Assembly (NCBI RefSeq): GCF_003057965.1
Contig: NZ_CP020921.1
Coordinates: forward strand, 980,916-1,044,915
Source of the DNA: Thermodesulfobium acidiphilum
GTDB taxonomy: Bacteria > Thermodesulfobiota > Thermodesulfobiia > Thermodesulfobiales > Thermodesulfobiaceae
Length of the DNA stretch: 64,000 nucleotides
Direction: 5' to 3'
This document shows positions 30,610 through 40,676 of the stretch, one piece after another. Under the pieces are notes generated by a model. The model was not told the DNA's origin. It did no database searches and worked only from the letters and a program-made list of their open reading frames with translations. The position numbers and the translations under genes are program-made. The number at the start of each line of letters is the position of its first letter. Position 1 is the stretch's first letter.

Positions 30610-30977
30610 CTATAACTCTGTAAGCCGTTCACCGATCCTACCTTGCGTTTTTTCTATAAAACAGACATTGCAAATATTTTTATCTTTACCCAATTTGTTT
30701 GATTCAAACACTAATCTTTGTCTGCATACCTGACAATCACCTTTTGCTCTCCTACTCTCGGATTTAACTAAGCATATATCAGTTTCTTTTTTTACTCCAA
30801 TCTGCTTTTAAAAAATTTTCTTTAGCATTTTCAAAAAGATAAGATAGATTCATAAGTTCTCTTGAAGCCTTAGTAAGAAAGATAGTAGGATATTCATATT
30901 CTAAGAGATTTTTAATCGTATCATCTGTTTCTCTTGCTTTATCCCTATACCATTGGATTTGCTGAAGCTTATATCCT
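30610..30977 (-). pseudogene. Internal fragment of a Cas10/Csx11-like type III CRISPR subunit
   Basis: Hand translation: ...EYEYPTIFLTKASRELMNLSYLFENAKENFLKADWSKK, frameshift in an A7 run, then ETDICL...GDCQVCRQRL...NICNVCFIEKTQGRI (Zn finger); abuts the cas6 fragment. Confidence 0.5.
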
Positions 30978-30981
30978 TAAG

Positions 30982-31200
30982 TTATAACATATGTTTTTTT
31001 ATTAAATGCCTCCTTTCCAATATTTCAGAAAATGAAAAAAGCCTAAATTTCCTTTTTTCGAATTTGAACCCCTCATCATGTAATTTTTTTGCATCTATAT
31101 AATCTAATAAATTATAAATTAAACCCTGGACCAGAGAATTATATCCTGAGCGAAGTTTTATCGCACTATCAAAAATAAACTCTAACTTTATCCTCACCAC
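30982..31200 (-). pseudogene. cas6: Truncated cas6 (N-terminal 72 aa)
   Basis: YNSLVQGLIY...LHDEGFKFEKRKFRLFSFS is the Cas6 N-terminal signature; no C-terminal G-rich loop. Confidence 0.85.
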
Positions 31201-31536
31201 AATCCCCTTAATTTTTTTTTACTATCAAATCATATTAATGCGAATACGTAAAATTAAAATTAGAACTGACTTGTTAGATTAAAGCTATTTTATCTCATTA
31301 AATTTAAACTAAAAAAGCAACTCTAGTAATCCTTTTTATATAAGATTAAGTCAATCATTAAATTTTACTTATAAAAACCACATTAGCACAAAATAAGTTT
31401 TTTATTTTATTTATAGTATCCCTAATTTATATAAATTTTATTTCTTATCAAAAAACCACCTAAAGTATTAAAATATTAAATATGTATAATATTATGTAAA
31501 CAAATAAACAAACAAGGAGTTAGGTGAGTTCAAGAT

Positions 31537-32349
31537 ATGTATATTCCATTTATAATATTTAATAGTATTATTGTTTTTTTCTTATCTATGATAGTTGCAA
31601 TTATAGGCAATATCGTAGGTATTGGAGGCGGCGTCATGTTGCTACCCTTTTTTATTTTTTATCTGCACTTAAATTCTGTAGTTGCTAGCGGATTAAGCCT
31701 TTTTACAATTGTAATAAGCACTATTGGTGGCACGTTTGCTTTCATAAAACAAAAAACAATTAATTATAAATTGTTTATAACAATAGTTAGTTTAATAGTT
31801 CCTGGTGTAATAATAGGTTCTATTGCTAATAAATTTGTAAATACACATGAATTCAGGGAAATTTTGCCTCTTTGGATAATAGCAATAGGAACTTTCTCTT
31901 TAATTACTGCCAAACAACAAACATTAAAAAATACGAAAGAATTCGAAAATGCCTCAGTAAAGCACAGGAGGCTTACAAGAATAGTATCCTTGATCTCGGG
32001 TTTTGTTTCAGGTTTTTTTGGCGTTGGTATAGGTGGAATAATGGGAACTTATTTAGTGGCAGTAGAAAAAATTTCTGCAAGAATAGCCTTCTCAACAATG
32101 ATTATGGTAATGACAATCACATCATTATTTGGCTTTTTTGTTCATTTTGAAAGTGCAGGATTAAATTTGTCATTGTGGATTACATATTTAATTCCTTTAA
32201 CTCTGGGCGCAATTTTAGGTTCACAAATAGGCGCATATATTTCCAAAGCTTCAAATGTAAAAGCTCTTAGACTCTATCAGGGTTACATAATACTGTTTTT
32301 AGGGATTTCTTTACTCATAGTTAACATATTAAATTTTATAAAAATTTGA
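31537..32349 (+). CDS. TauE/SafE-family sulfite exporter
   Basis: Duplicated GIGGG / GVGIGG motifs; about 8 TM helices. Confidence 0.85.
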   Translation: MYIPFIIFNSIIVFFLSMIVAIIGNIVGIGGGVMLLPFFIFYLHLNSVVASGLSLFTIVISTIGGTFAFIKQKTINYKLFITIVSLIVPGVIIGSIANKFVNTHEFREILPLWIIAIGTFSLITAKQQTLKNTKEFENASVKHRRLTRIVSLISGFVSGFFGVGIGGIMGTYLVAVEKISARIAFSTMIMVMTITSLFGFFVHFESAGLNLSLWITYLIPLTLGAILGSQIGAYISKASNVKALRLYQGYIILFLGISLLIVNILNFIKI

Positions 32350-32420
32350 TTTCTTAGATAAGAATTAAAAACTTACATCCATAGTATATTAAAGAGCATT
32401 TAATATATTATATTTAACAA

Positions 32421-32452
32421 AAACCCACTATTAGAAAGTTAATAGTGGGTTT
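32421..32452. terminator. Bidirectional intrinsic terminator between convergent tauE-like and csp genes
   Basis: AAACCCACTATTA-N6-TAATAGTGGGTTT. Confidence 0.8.
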
Positions 32453-32466
32453 AATTTTAAGAAATA

Positions 32467-32679
32467 TTACAGAGCTTTGACGTTTACTGCTCTTAACTTT
32501 TTTGAGTTTTTAGGATCTTTTTCTATATCGAAAGTAACCTGCTGACCTTCGTTAAGAGATTTAAATCCATCAGAAACTATTGCAGAAAAGTGAACAAATA
32601 CATCTTCTCCTCCATTTGCATTAGAGATAAAACCATATCCCTTTTCTGCGTTGAACCACTTCACCGTACCCTTATTCAT
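32467..32679 (-). CDS. Cold-shock protein
   Basis: [15 protein letters not shown] and DVFVHFSAI (RNP1/RNP2). Confidence 0.97.
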   Translation of the reverse strand: MNKGTVKWFNAEKGYGFISNANGGEDVFVHFSAIVSDGFKSLNEGQQVTFDIEKDPKNSKKLRAVNVKAL

Positions 32680-32723
32680 CTTGACCTCCTAAGAAATAAT
32701 ACATCTTTATAAAACTAAAAACC

Positions 32724-32829
32724 CACATATTTTTGTAGCCATAATGCAAAAAAAACTTACAAAAATATGTGAGCTTATTTAGCATTTATAAAGTAGCTTT
32801 ACAATACCACTAAAAATTAGTCTTGTCAA
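32724..32829 (-). promoter_or_regulatory. csp promoter and structured 5' UTR
   Basis: TTGACA (32829-32824), 17 nt, TG-extended TATTGT (32806-32801); 14-bp inverted repeat at 32724-32737 / 32758-32771. Confidence 0.6.
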
Positions 32830-35338
32830 TAGGCAAAATTTTATTATTAGTTATTATAAAATCCTCAAAATCAGCCTGGGGAAGTGGTTTTGAAAATAAA
32901 AATCCTTGAAAATAGTCACACCCAATATTTCTTAGTATTTCAAATTGTTCTATGGTCTCTACACCCTCAGCTATTGTTTTTATGTTTAATTTTTTAGCAA
33001 GAAAGATTATTGCTTCTACAACTTTTTTCGTACATTCGTCAAGAATATTTCTTACAAAAGATATATCAATTTTAATATAACTTATATTTAACTTCGAAAT
33101 GTATGAAAGAGAAGAGAACCCTGTACCAAAATCATCCAGCATAAAATGGATATCGATGTTTAACAACTTTTCTATTAAATCCTTTGTATACTCTAAATCT
33201 TCCAAAAAAATTCTTTCAATAATCTCAATTCTCAATAAATTTGGATCTATATTAAATTTTCCAATCTTCATATACAAAATATCAATAATATTTTCTCTTT
33301 TTAAAGTTTTATAAGAAAAATTTACAGAAAGTGGAACTTTAACTCCCTTTAAAACAAGCCTCGAAATAATCTGCAAAGCTATATCAAGAATGTATTCTTC
33401 TACATAAACTATCATGTTAGTGTTTTCAAGATAAGGAATAAATTTCATAGGAAGAATTACTTCATTCTTTTTCTTCCATCGAAGCAGGCCTTCTGCTCCT
33501 ACAATGTTAAAATTTTTGTCTACATAGGGTTGACAATACAATACAAATTCTTTTTTTGAGATAGCATCTTCAAGGCCGCTCCTAAAAATAAGCATTTCTT
33601 TGGCTCTTAAACTAAGATCGTTTCTAAAAAAGCCAATACAATTTTCGCCTTTTTGTCTTGCATCTAAAAGTGCTGTTAAAGCTTTATTAACTAATTGATC
33701 TGCACTATCACCATCTTTGGGGTAGATGGTTATTCCAATATTAAAGGATACTGAAATTAACTGATTGTTATCCACAAAATAACTTTTTATAAGAACATCT
33801 AATAGTTCATAAGAGAGATTTAAAATATCCTCTTCAGATTTTTTATTTTTTACAAAAACTGCAAATTTATCAGATTCAAACTTGGCTATTATAGCATCAG
33901 GTCCAAAAAAAGATCTCAATCTCTGTGCAATTTGGATTAATATCATGTTGCCATTATCAAACCCAAAGGCCTGGTTAATAATTGTAAAATTTAATGGATT
34001 TATTTTTATAACAGCTAAAATTGGCTTTTCAGGTAAGGATTTTTTTATAAACGAATCAACTTCAGAATAAAATGAAATTCTGTTTAAAAAACCTGTCAAA
34101 TTGTCAAAATAATTTCCTGAAATATCTTTTCCTAACAATACATATTTTTGCTTCTTATCACTCATCGTTACAGAAAAAATTATTATATCAAGATAAAACA
34201 AAGACTCGTCTTTCCTTTTACCTACCAAATTAGAGTGAAAGATAGAACCCTTTTTTAAAATTTTAAACATATTATCAAAAAAATCAGTTCCATCATACTT
34301 TGACTGAAATACTCTTATATCATTGCCAATAAGTTCATCCTTAGAAAAACCTGTAATTTTTAATAGTGCCTCATTTGCAAACTGAATATGCCCACTTTCA
34401 TCCATAACAAGAAAACATTCATGTGTTTTTTCGCTGGCTTTCTGAAGCAAAATTAAGTTATTCTGATATTCTATCCTTTCTAAAGCAAAAGAGATGTCAT
34501 TTTTTACCTCTTCTAAAAGTTCTACAACCTCTTTCGAGCTAGATAATTTCATAGAATCATAAATCATAAATAAGTATTTAACTTTATTATCTTTCAGTAT
34601 GGGTACAGAACAAATTGAGTACGTATTGAATTCCTTGTAATATTCATGCCAATAGCTCAGAGTTTTGCTATTCATTACGTCAGATAAAACAACAACTTTC
34701 TTAGTATAATATGCTTTTGCTATTGACCCCTTACCATATGGTGCATCTGGATCAATACCCATATTTAAGTTTTCAAAAGCTAACTTTTGATCCTTTGACT
34801 TTGATTCTATAAACTTAGGTTTAAATCTCTTGCTTTCCTCATCAATAAACCCAATGCTTGCAAGAGTAAACCCTACATCGTTTACAAGAATTTCACATAT
34901 GGTCTTCAACAAAACATCTTCATTCTCTTCCCTTATAATTAGTTGGTTAATTTGTTTTAGTGTATAAAAAAGCTTTTCGATTGACTTTTCTCTTGTTCTA
35001 TCTAGAACTATCACAAGATAAGAAAGCTTTTCTTTATAAAGAATTTGATATGTAGATGTTTGTACTGGAACTAAGCCATTTTTACACTTATAATAACGAT
35101 ATTCAATCTCTTCGTAAAAATAATTATTGCTTAAACTTTTCTTTGAAAATTCATTCATATACTCCCTATCTTCAGCAAAAAAGTCTGAAAAGTTCATTTT
35201 AACAAGATCTTTTGTATCATACCCTACTATTTGAGAAAATTTATCGTTAACAAAAACTATTTTTCCACCTTCTTGATGAATACATATACCAAATATTTTT
35301 GAATTAATAAAATTATTCAAAAAGCTATCATCTATCAT
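32810..35338 (-). CDS. PAS-GAF-PAS-GGDEF(degenerate)-EAL protein, probable c-di-GMP phosphodiesterase
   Basis: GGDEF replaced by ESDKF; EGLLRW, DDFGTGFSS, KID and AEGVET intact. Confidence 0.88.
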   Translation of the reverse strand: MIDDSFLNNFINSKIFGICIHQEGGKIVFVNDKFSQIVGYDTKDLVKMNFSDFFAEDREYMNEFSKKSLSNNYFYEEIEYRYYKCKNGLVPVQTSTYQILYKEKLSYLVIVLDRTREKSIEKLFYTLKQINQLIIREENEDVLLKTICEILVNDVGFTLASIGFIDEESKRFKPKFIESKSKDQKLAFENLNMGIDPDAPYGKGSIAKAYYTKKVVVLSDVMNSKTLSYWHEYYKEFNTYSICSVPILKDNKVKYLFMIYDSMKLSSSKEVVELLEEVKNDISFALERIEYQNNLILLQKASEKTHECFLVMDESGHIQFANEALLKITGFSKDELIGNDIRVFQSKYDGTDFFDNMFKILKKGSIFHSNLVGKRKDESLFYLDIIIFSVTMSDKKQKYVLLGKDISGNYFDNLTGFLNRISFYSEVDSFIKKSLPEKPILAVIKINPLNFTIINQAFGFDNGNMILIQIAQRLRSFFGPDAIIAKFESDKFAVFVKNKKSEEDILNLSYELLDVLIKSYFVDNNQLISVSFNIGITIYPKDGDSADQLVNKALTALLDARQKGENCIGFFRNDLSLRAKEMLIFRSGLEDAISKKEFVLYCQPYVDKNFNIVGAEGLLRWKKKNEVILPMKFIPYLENTNMIVYVEEYILDIALQIISRLVLKGVKVPLSVNFSYKTLKRENIIDILYMKIGKFNIDPNLLRIEIIERIFLEDLEYTKDLIEKLLNIDIHFMLDDFGTGFSSLSYISKLNISYIKIDISFVRNILDECTKKVVEAIIFLAKKLNIKTIAEGVETIEQFEILRNIGCDYFQGFLFSKPLPQADFEDFIITNNKILPIDKTNF

Positions 35339-35576
35339 TTTTTACCCTCGTTTCAAGTAGTATTTGAAATAAAATTTTCTTAAAATATTATTTGTTTATT
35401 TTATATCAAATTAATATTTTCATAATTATTAAAGTCTGCTGGAAATCAATTGATTATAAAATGAACGTCATTGCAAAAGATTTTTTAATTAACATTAAGA
35501 AGTAAGTTAGAAAAAATATTAAACTAATTTTATATTAGCTGTATAATAAAATTAATACCAAAGGAGGTGTAAAAAA

Positions 35577-35768
35577 ATGAAACAAAATGAAGGCACAATA
35601 GACAGAATCATAAGATTTATTTTAGGACTTGTTCTTATTTATTTAGGTTTTTTAATGCAATTCAATACAGTTGGTATTATTTCAACTATTATTGGAATCG
35701 TTCTCCTCTTTACAGCAGTCACAGGATATTGCGCACTTTACAGCATTTTAAAAATTTCTACAAAATGA
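35577..35768 (+). CDS. DUF2892 (YgaP-like) small membrane protein
   Basis: NEGTIDRIIR and TGYCALY...IST motifs; AGGAGG RBS. Confidence 0.85.
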   Translation: MKQNEGTIDRIIRFILGLVLIYLGFLMQFNTVGIISTIIGIVLLFTAVTGYCALYSILKISTK

Positions 35769-35792
35769 CTGCTACTCTTACTTTTGATTATT

Positions 35793-35821
35793 TTGCTTTA
35801 TTAAGTAAAAAGTGTTATAAT
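35793..35821 (+). promoter_or_regulatory. Sigma70 promoter for rnpB
   Basis: TTGCTT, 17 nt, TG-extended TATAAT. Confidence 0.65.
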
Positions 35822-35846
35822 TAATTTGTTAAACTTAAGTCAATTC

Positions 35847-36195
35847 AAACAGGACAGGCGCGCAACTTACAAGCTAACTGCTTGAGGAAAGTCCGAGCTC
35901 CTCTGGGCAGGATGCTGGTTAACTGCCAGAGAGGGAAACCTCTGGATAGGGCCACAGAAAAAAACTACTATCCTTTGATAGTACAGGTGAAAAGGCGAGG
36001 TAAAAGCTCACCGGCAGAAGAGCGATCTTCTGGCCCGGCAACCCCCATCCGGAGCAAGGCCAAATAGGGAAGGAGATAGCCCAGGTCGTTATTACTTCCG
36101 GGTAGGCCGCAAGAGGCTAAGGGAAACCTTAGTCCCAGATAAATGGTTGCGATCCTTTTTAGGATACAGAACTCGGCTTATAGCCTGTCCTGTTT
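35847..36195 (+). ncRNA. rnpB: RNase P RNA
   Basis: GAGGAAAGTCC, GCCACAGAAA, GGTGAAA...GGTAAAAGC, GAGCAAG and ACAGAACTCGGCTTAT conserved regions; P1 pairing AAACAGGACAGGC / GCCTGTCCTGTTT. Confidence 0.95.
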
Positions 36196-36624
36196 TTTAG
36201 AGTTGTTTAAATTGTAAAAAATTAATAATAAAATTCCAATATCTATATACACATCTGACAAATTAAAAACGGGCAAGATATGAATATCTATAAAATCAAT
36301 TACCTGATGAGAACCTAAAACCCTATCCAGTAAATTGCTAGATACTCCAGCAATCAAAAAAGACAAAGAAATCCTAAGATTCGGAGATTTAAACCATAAA
36401 ATTATGCAAGATAGTAAAAAAATAGATCCTACAAATATAAAAAAATATGTCTGGCCACTAAAAATCCCCCACGCCCCCCCTAAATTTTTTACCAGGGTAA
36501 AGTGTATAAAAAAGAAGTCACAGCTTCTTACTGACAAAATCTTTACAGCAAAAAATTTTGTTAATCTGTCAAACGAAAAAAGAAATAAAGTTAAAGCTAT
36601 ATAAAAAAAGCCCTTTAAATTCAA
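36178..36624 (-). CDS. lspA: Lipoprotein signal peptidase II
   Basis: NLGGAWG, NLLDR, VIDFI and FNLSD motifs. Confidence 0.9.
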   Translation of the reverse strand: MNLKGFFYIALTLFLFSFDRLTKFFAVKILSVRSCDFFFIHFTLVKNLGGAWGIFSGQTYFFIFVGSIFLLSCIILWFKSPNLRISLSFLIAGVSSNLLDRVLGSHQVIDFIDIHILPVFNLSDVYIDIGILLLIFYNLNNSKKQDRL

Positions 36625-36646
36625 TTTTTTAGTTGTCTTAATTAAA

Positions 36647-37882
36647 TTACCAGGATTTCATATACTTTTTTTGCTCGTCACTTAAGGAGTCGATGCTTGT
36701 ACCCATTGATTCAATCTTTAATCTGGCTATTTCCCTGTCAATTTCTATTGGCACAGGATAAACTCCTATTTCTATTTTGTTGTTCAATAAATAAAGTGCA
36801 CTCAAAAATTGATTTGCAAAGCTCATATCCATTACACTTGAGGGATGCCCTTCAGCAGCTGCAAGATTTACAAGCCTGCCTTCTCCAATCAAAAATACTC
36901 TTTTCCCGTCTTTTAAAGTATACTCATCCAGTTCATGTCTGATTCTTCTCTTTGAAACTTTTTGTTCTTCCATTTTATCTACTTCAATTTCAACATTAAA
37001 GTGACCTGAATTCGCCAATATTGCCCCATCTTTCATCTTTAAGATATGATCAAATCTAATAACGTTGCAATTACCTGTAACAGTAATGAATATATCTCCT
37101 ATTTTTGCAGCCTCATCCATTGGCATAACATCAAAACCATCCATTATTGCCTCAAGAGCCCTTACAGGTTCAACTTCGGTTACTATTACCCTTGCACCCA
37201 TTCCTTTAGCCCTCATGCTCACGCCTTTTCCACACCAGCCGTAACCTGCAACCACTACTCTTTTTCCGGCAAATAAGATGTTGGTAGCCCTAATAATACC
37301 ATCCAGAGTACTTTGACCCGTTCCATATCTGTTGTCAAAAAAGTGTTTCGTCATTGCGTTATTCACAGCTATAAAAGGAAATTTTAACAATTTTTCTTTA
37401 TGAAGAGCTTCAATTCTATGAACGCCTGTGGTAGTTTCTTCGCAACCTCCAACTACCTTATCTGCAAGCCTCGGATACTCTTTATGCAGGGTAACAGTTA
37501 AATCAGCTCCATCATCAATTGTTAGATCTGGCTCAGACTCAATACATGTTCTAATATTATTCCAGTAACTTTTAGAATCTTCCCCTCGTTGTGCAAAAAC
37601 AAAAATTCCTTCTCTTGCAAGGTATGCTGCCACCTCATCGCTAGTGCTGAGAGGATTTGATGCACACAGATATATTTGTGCACCTGCATCTCTAAAAGTT
37701 GTTATTAAATTTGCAGTTTCGGTAGTTACGTGTAAACACGCAGCAATTTTTTTCCCGCTAAAGGGTTTTATATCTTTATATTTTTTTCTAAGAATAGCGA
37801 GAACTGGCATCTCACGATATGACCATTCAACCTTTTTTGCACCTTCATCTGCTAAGCCAATGTCTTTAATTTGATAGTTCAT
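36647..37882 (-). CDS. ahcY: Adenosylhomocysteinase
   Basis: CLHVTTET, EETTTG, FDNRYGTGQS and GHPSSVMDMSF motifs. Confidence 0.97.
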   Translation of the reverse strand: MNYQIKDIGLADEGAKKVEWSYREMPVLAILRKKYKDIKPFSGKKIAACLHVTTETANLITTFRDAGAQIYLCASNPLSTSDEVAAYLAREGIFVFAQRGEDSKSYWNNIRTCIESEPDLTIDDGADLTVTLHKEYPRLADKVVGGCEETTTGVHRIEALHKEKLLKFPFIAVNNAMTKHFFDNRYGTGQSTLDGIIRATNILFAGKRVVVAGYGWCGKGVSMRAKGMGARVIVTEVEPVRALEAIMDGFDVMPMDEAAKIGDIFITVTGNCNVIRFDHILKMKDGAILANSGHFNVEIEVDKMEEQKVSKRRIRHELDEYTLKDGKRVFLIGEGRLVNLAAAEGHPSSVMDMSFANQFLSALYLLNNKIEIGVYPVPIEIDREIARLKIESMGTSIDSLSDEQKKYMKSW

Positions 37883-40625
37883 CTAAAACCCTCCTACATC
37901 TATCACAGATTTTTAGTTCGCTAGTTGCTACACTTTCCTGATATTGCCAGCACCTTTCACATTTTTCACCCTTTGCATGAAAGACTTCTATCCCAAAGTC
38001 ATCATTCTCAAACGAAAATTTGGAATTAGACATTTTATCAATAGTAACCTGAGAAACTATTAATATCTCTGGTAATATATCCTTATACTTTAACAACGTA
38101 TCCTTTAACTTTTCATTCTTTGGAAAAATATTTACATGTGCCTCTAATGAAGATCCTATTAGCTTATCCTTTCTTGCCTCTTCCAGAACCTTTTTTGTCT
38201 CATCTCTAATCTCAAGCAAAACATCAAAATCCACAGGCCTTTCAACTCCCTCCAAATTTTTCAACACATCAGGATACGAAGCAAAAAAAACGCTTTCAGG
38301 AAGTGTGTTATCAATCTCCCTTAAGTATTCCCATGCTTCTTCAGAAGTAAACGATATTATTGGGCAAAGGATTATTAAAAGGTCTTTTAACATCCTATAA
38401 ATAACTGTTTGAGCAGATTTTCTTTCACTATCAAACCCTGCATAAAGCCTATCCTTTAAAACGTCTAAATAAAAAGCACTTAAATCTATGGTCATAAAGG
38501 ACTTTACTTTATAAAGCATTTTGTAAAATTGGTAATTATAGAAGTATTGATCTATTTCCTGGATAAGGTCGTTAAATTCGGAATAAATATATCTGTCAAG
38601 AATAAGCCATCTATCAGGAGGCATTGAATCTTTCGGGTTAAAATCATTTAATAAACTAAGCATATACCTGATAGTATTTCTTAATTTTCTATATGTATCA
38701 GATTGTTGTTCCAATATTCTACCTGAAATTGCTACATCGCCCGTATAGTCAGAAGATGCTACCCAAATTCTTAAAATATCAGCCCCACTTTTTTCTATAA
38801 CCTCAAGAGGTGCGATCACGTTCCCCCTTGATTTTGACATCTTGTAGCCTTCTTCATCAACAATAAAGCCGTGAGTTAAAACGCTCCTATATGGTGCCTT
38901 TCCAAAAACAGCTGTAGAAGTTAGTAAAGATGATTGAAACCAACCCCTGTGTTGATCTGTACCTTCTAGATACATGTCAGCAGGCCATCTGAGCTCTTCT
39001 CTTTGTTTTAACACACACGCATGGCTTGAACCAGAATCAAACCATACATCCATAATATCAGTTTCTTTTCTAAAATATTTTCCACCACATGACGGACATT
39101 TATAATCTCCTAAAATTTGAGAAGCGTCTTTTTTAAACCAGGAGTCTGAGCCTTCTTTAGAAAACATATCACAGACCTTGTTTATTGTTTCATCGTTAAC
39201 TATAGTTACATTGCACTCCTCACAATAAAAAGCAGGAATAGGCAGACCCCAGGATCTTTGTCTTGAAATACACCAATCCGCTCTATTGGATATCATAGCG
39301 CTCATCCTCTCGAGACCACTTTCAGGAATCCATCTAACCTCTCTCGTAGCCCTTAGTGCTTCTTCTCTGAATGCGTCTACTGACGCAAACCACTGTTCAG
39401 TGGCTCTATATATAAGTTTTCCTTTACATCTCCAGCAGTGAGGATAAGAGTGTTCAACTTCGCTTTTAAAAAGTAGTAATCCATTCCTTTCTAGATCTTC
39501 GATTACAGCCTTGCTTGCATCGTGAACAAAAAGACCTTCAAATCTTTGAGCTTCCTTAGTAAATACGCCTTGATCGTTTAAAAGAGATTCAACCTCTAAA
39601 TTTTTCTGAACACCTACTATATAATCCTCTGGACCGTGTCCTGGAGCCACATGAACAATTCCAGAACCATCTTCCATACTTACAAACACCGCGGTTACAA
39701 CAATTGATTTCTTTTCAGGAAAGAGTGGATTAGATGCTATTATTCCCTCTAAATCTTCTCCTCTAACAGTTTTTATAACTTTATAAGTGCTCAAGATCCC
39801 TTCAAGTGCTTTCAACCTTTCTTTTGCAACAAGAATACGTTCATTCTGGAACTGAATCAAGTCATAAAGCGAATCTGGTTTTACAGCAAGTCCCTTGTTT
39901 GAAATTAACGTCCAGGGAGTAGTTGTCCAAATAAGTATCATGTCGCCTCTTTCCAATACACCTCTGCCATCAAATACAGGAAATTTTACAAAAATTGATG
40001 GAGAAATAGTATCGTAATACTCCACTTCAGCTTCAGCTAAAGCAGTTTCACAGGATGGACACCAAAAAACTGGTTTTAGACCCTTGTAAATATATCCCTT
40101 TTTATACATTTCCCAAAATATCCTAATTTGCATTGCCTCATATTTTGGATCCATTGTAATATAGGGTTTATCCCAGTATCCAAATACTCCAAGTCTGATA
40201 AACTGTTTTCTCTGTCTATCAATAAACTTCAAAGCATGTTCTTGACACATCTTTCTAATGTCTGTTACAGTAAACTCTTTTTTATTTTTACCTAGTGTCT
40301 TTAAGGCCTGAAATTCTATAGGGAGGCCATGGCAATCCCATCCAGGTACATACGGAGTGTATTTCCCTTTGATCATATAATACTTGTTTATCATATCCTT
40401 CAAAATTTTATTAAAGGCAGTGCCTAGGTGAATATCTCCATTTGCATATGGAGGACCATCATGGAGTAAAAAGAATTCATTATCAGCCCTTAATTTTATA
40501 GCTTTTTCAAAAACGTTTTCCTTTTGCCATTTTTTTAAAAGCTCGGGTTCCCTTTGTGTAAGTCTAGCCTGCATTGGAAAATTAGTTTTTGGTAGTTTTA
40601 AAGTTTTTTTGTATTCAACCATCAT
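37866..40625 (-). CDS. ileS: Isoleucyl-tRNA synthetase
   Basis: HDGPPYANGDIHLG, KMSKS and C-terminal Zn finger. Confidence 0.97.
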   Translation of the reverse strand: MMVEYKKTLKLPKTNFPMQARLTQREPELLKKWQKENVFEKAIKLRADNEFFLLHDGPPYANGDIHLGTAFNKILKDMINKYYMIKGKYTPYVPGWDCHGLPIEFQALKTLGKNKKEFTVTDIRKMCQEHALKFIDRQRKQFIRLGVFGYWDKPYITMDPKYEAMQIRIFWEMYKKGYIYKGLKPVFWCPSCETALAEAEVEYYDTISPSIFVKFPVFDGRGVLERGDMILIWTTTPWTLISNKGLAVKPDSLYDLIQFQNERILVAKERLKALEGILSTYKVIKTVRGEDLEGIIASNPLFPEKKSIVVTAVFVSMEDGSGIVHVAPGHGPEDYIVGVQKNLEVESLLNDQGVFTKEAQRFEGLFVHDASKAVIEDLERNGLLLFKSEVEHSYPHCWRCKGKLIYRATEQWFASVDAFREEALRATREVRWIPESGLERMSAMISNRADWCISRQRSWGLPIPAFYCEECNVTIVNDETINKVCDMFSKEGSDSWFKKDASQILGDYKCPSCGGKYFRKETDIMDVWFDSGSSHACVLKQREELRWPADMYLEGTDQHRGWFQSSLLTSTAVFGKAPYRSVLTHGFIVDEEGYKMSKSRGNVIAPLEVIEKSGADILRIWVASSDYTGDVAISGRILEQQSDTYRKLRNTIRYMLSLLNDFNPKDSMPPDRWLILDRYIYSEFNDLIQEIDQYFYNYQFYKMLYKVKSFMTIDLSAFYLDVLKDRLYAGFDSERKSAQTVIYRMLKDLLIILCPIISFTSEEAWEYLREIDNTLPESVFFASYPDVLKNLEGVERPVDFDVLLEIRDETKKVLEEARKDKLIGSSLEAHVNIFPKNEKLKDTLLKYKDILPEILIVSQVTIDKMSNSKFSFENDDFGIEVFHAKGEKCERCWQYQESVATSELKICDRCRRVLDELSN

Positions 40626-40676
40626 ACAACTCCTTTATTATTTATATCAGAAATTAACATCCTCAAAAATATAAAA

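Noticed and set aside
18060-31300. Hydrogenase cluster as a defined mobile element
   Set aside because: It looks slightly more GC-rich by eye, but no integrase, transposase or terminal repeats are visible
32810-35338. Active diguanylate cyclase
   Set aside because: The GGDEF signature is replaced by ESDKF; only the EAL domain looks catalytically intact
35882-36067. 61-aa ORF in the track
   Set aside because: Lies wholly within the RNase P RNA gene
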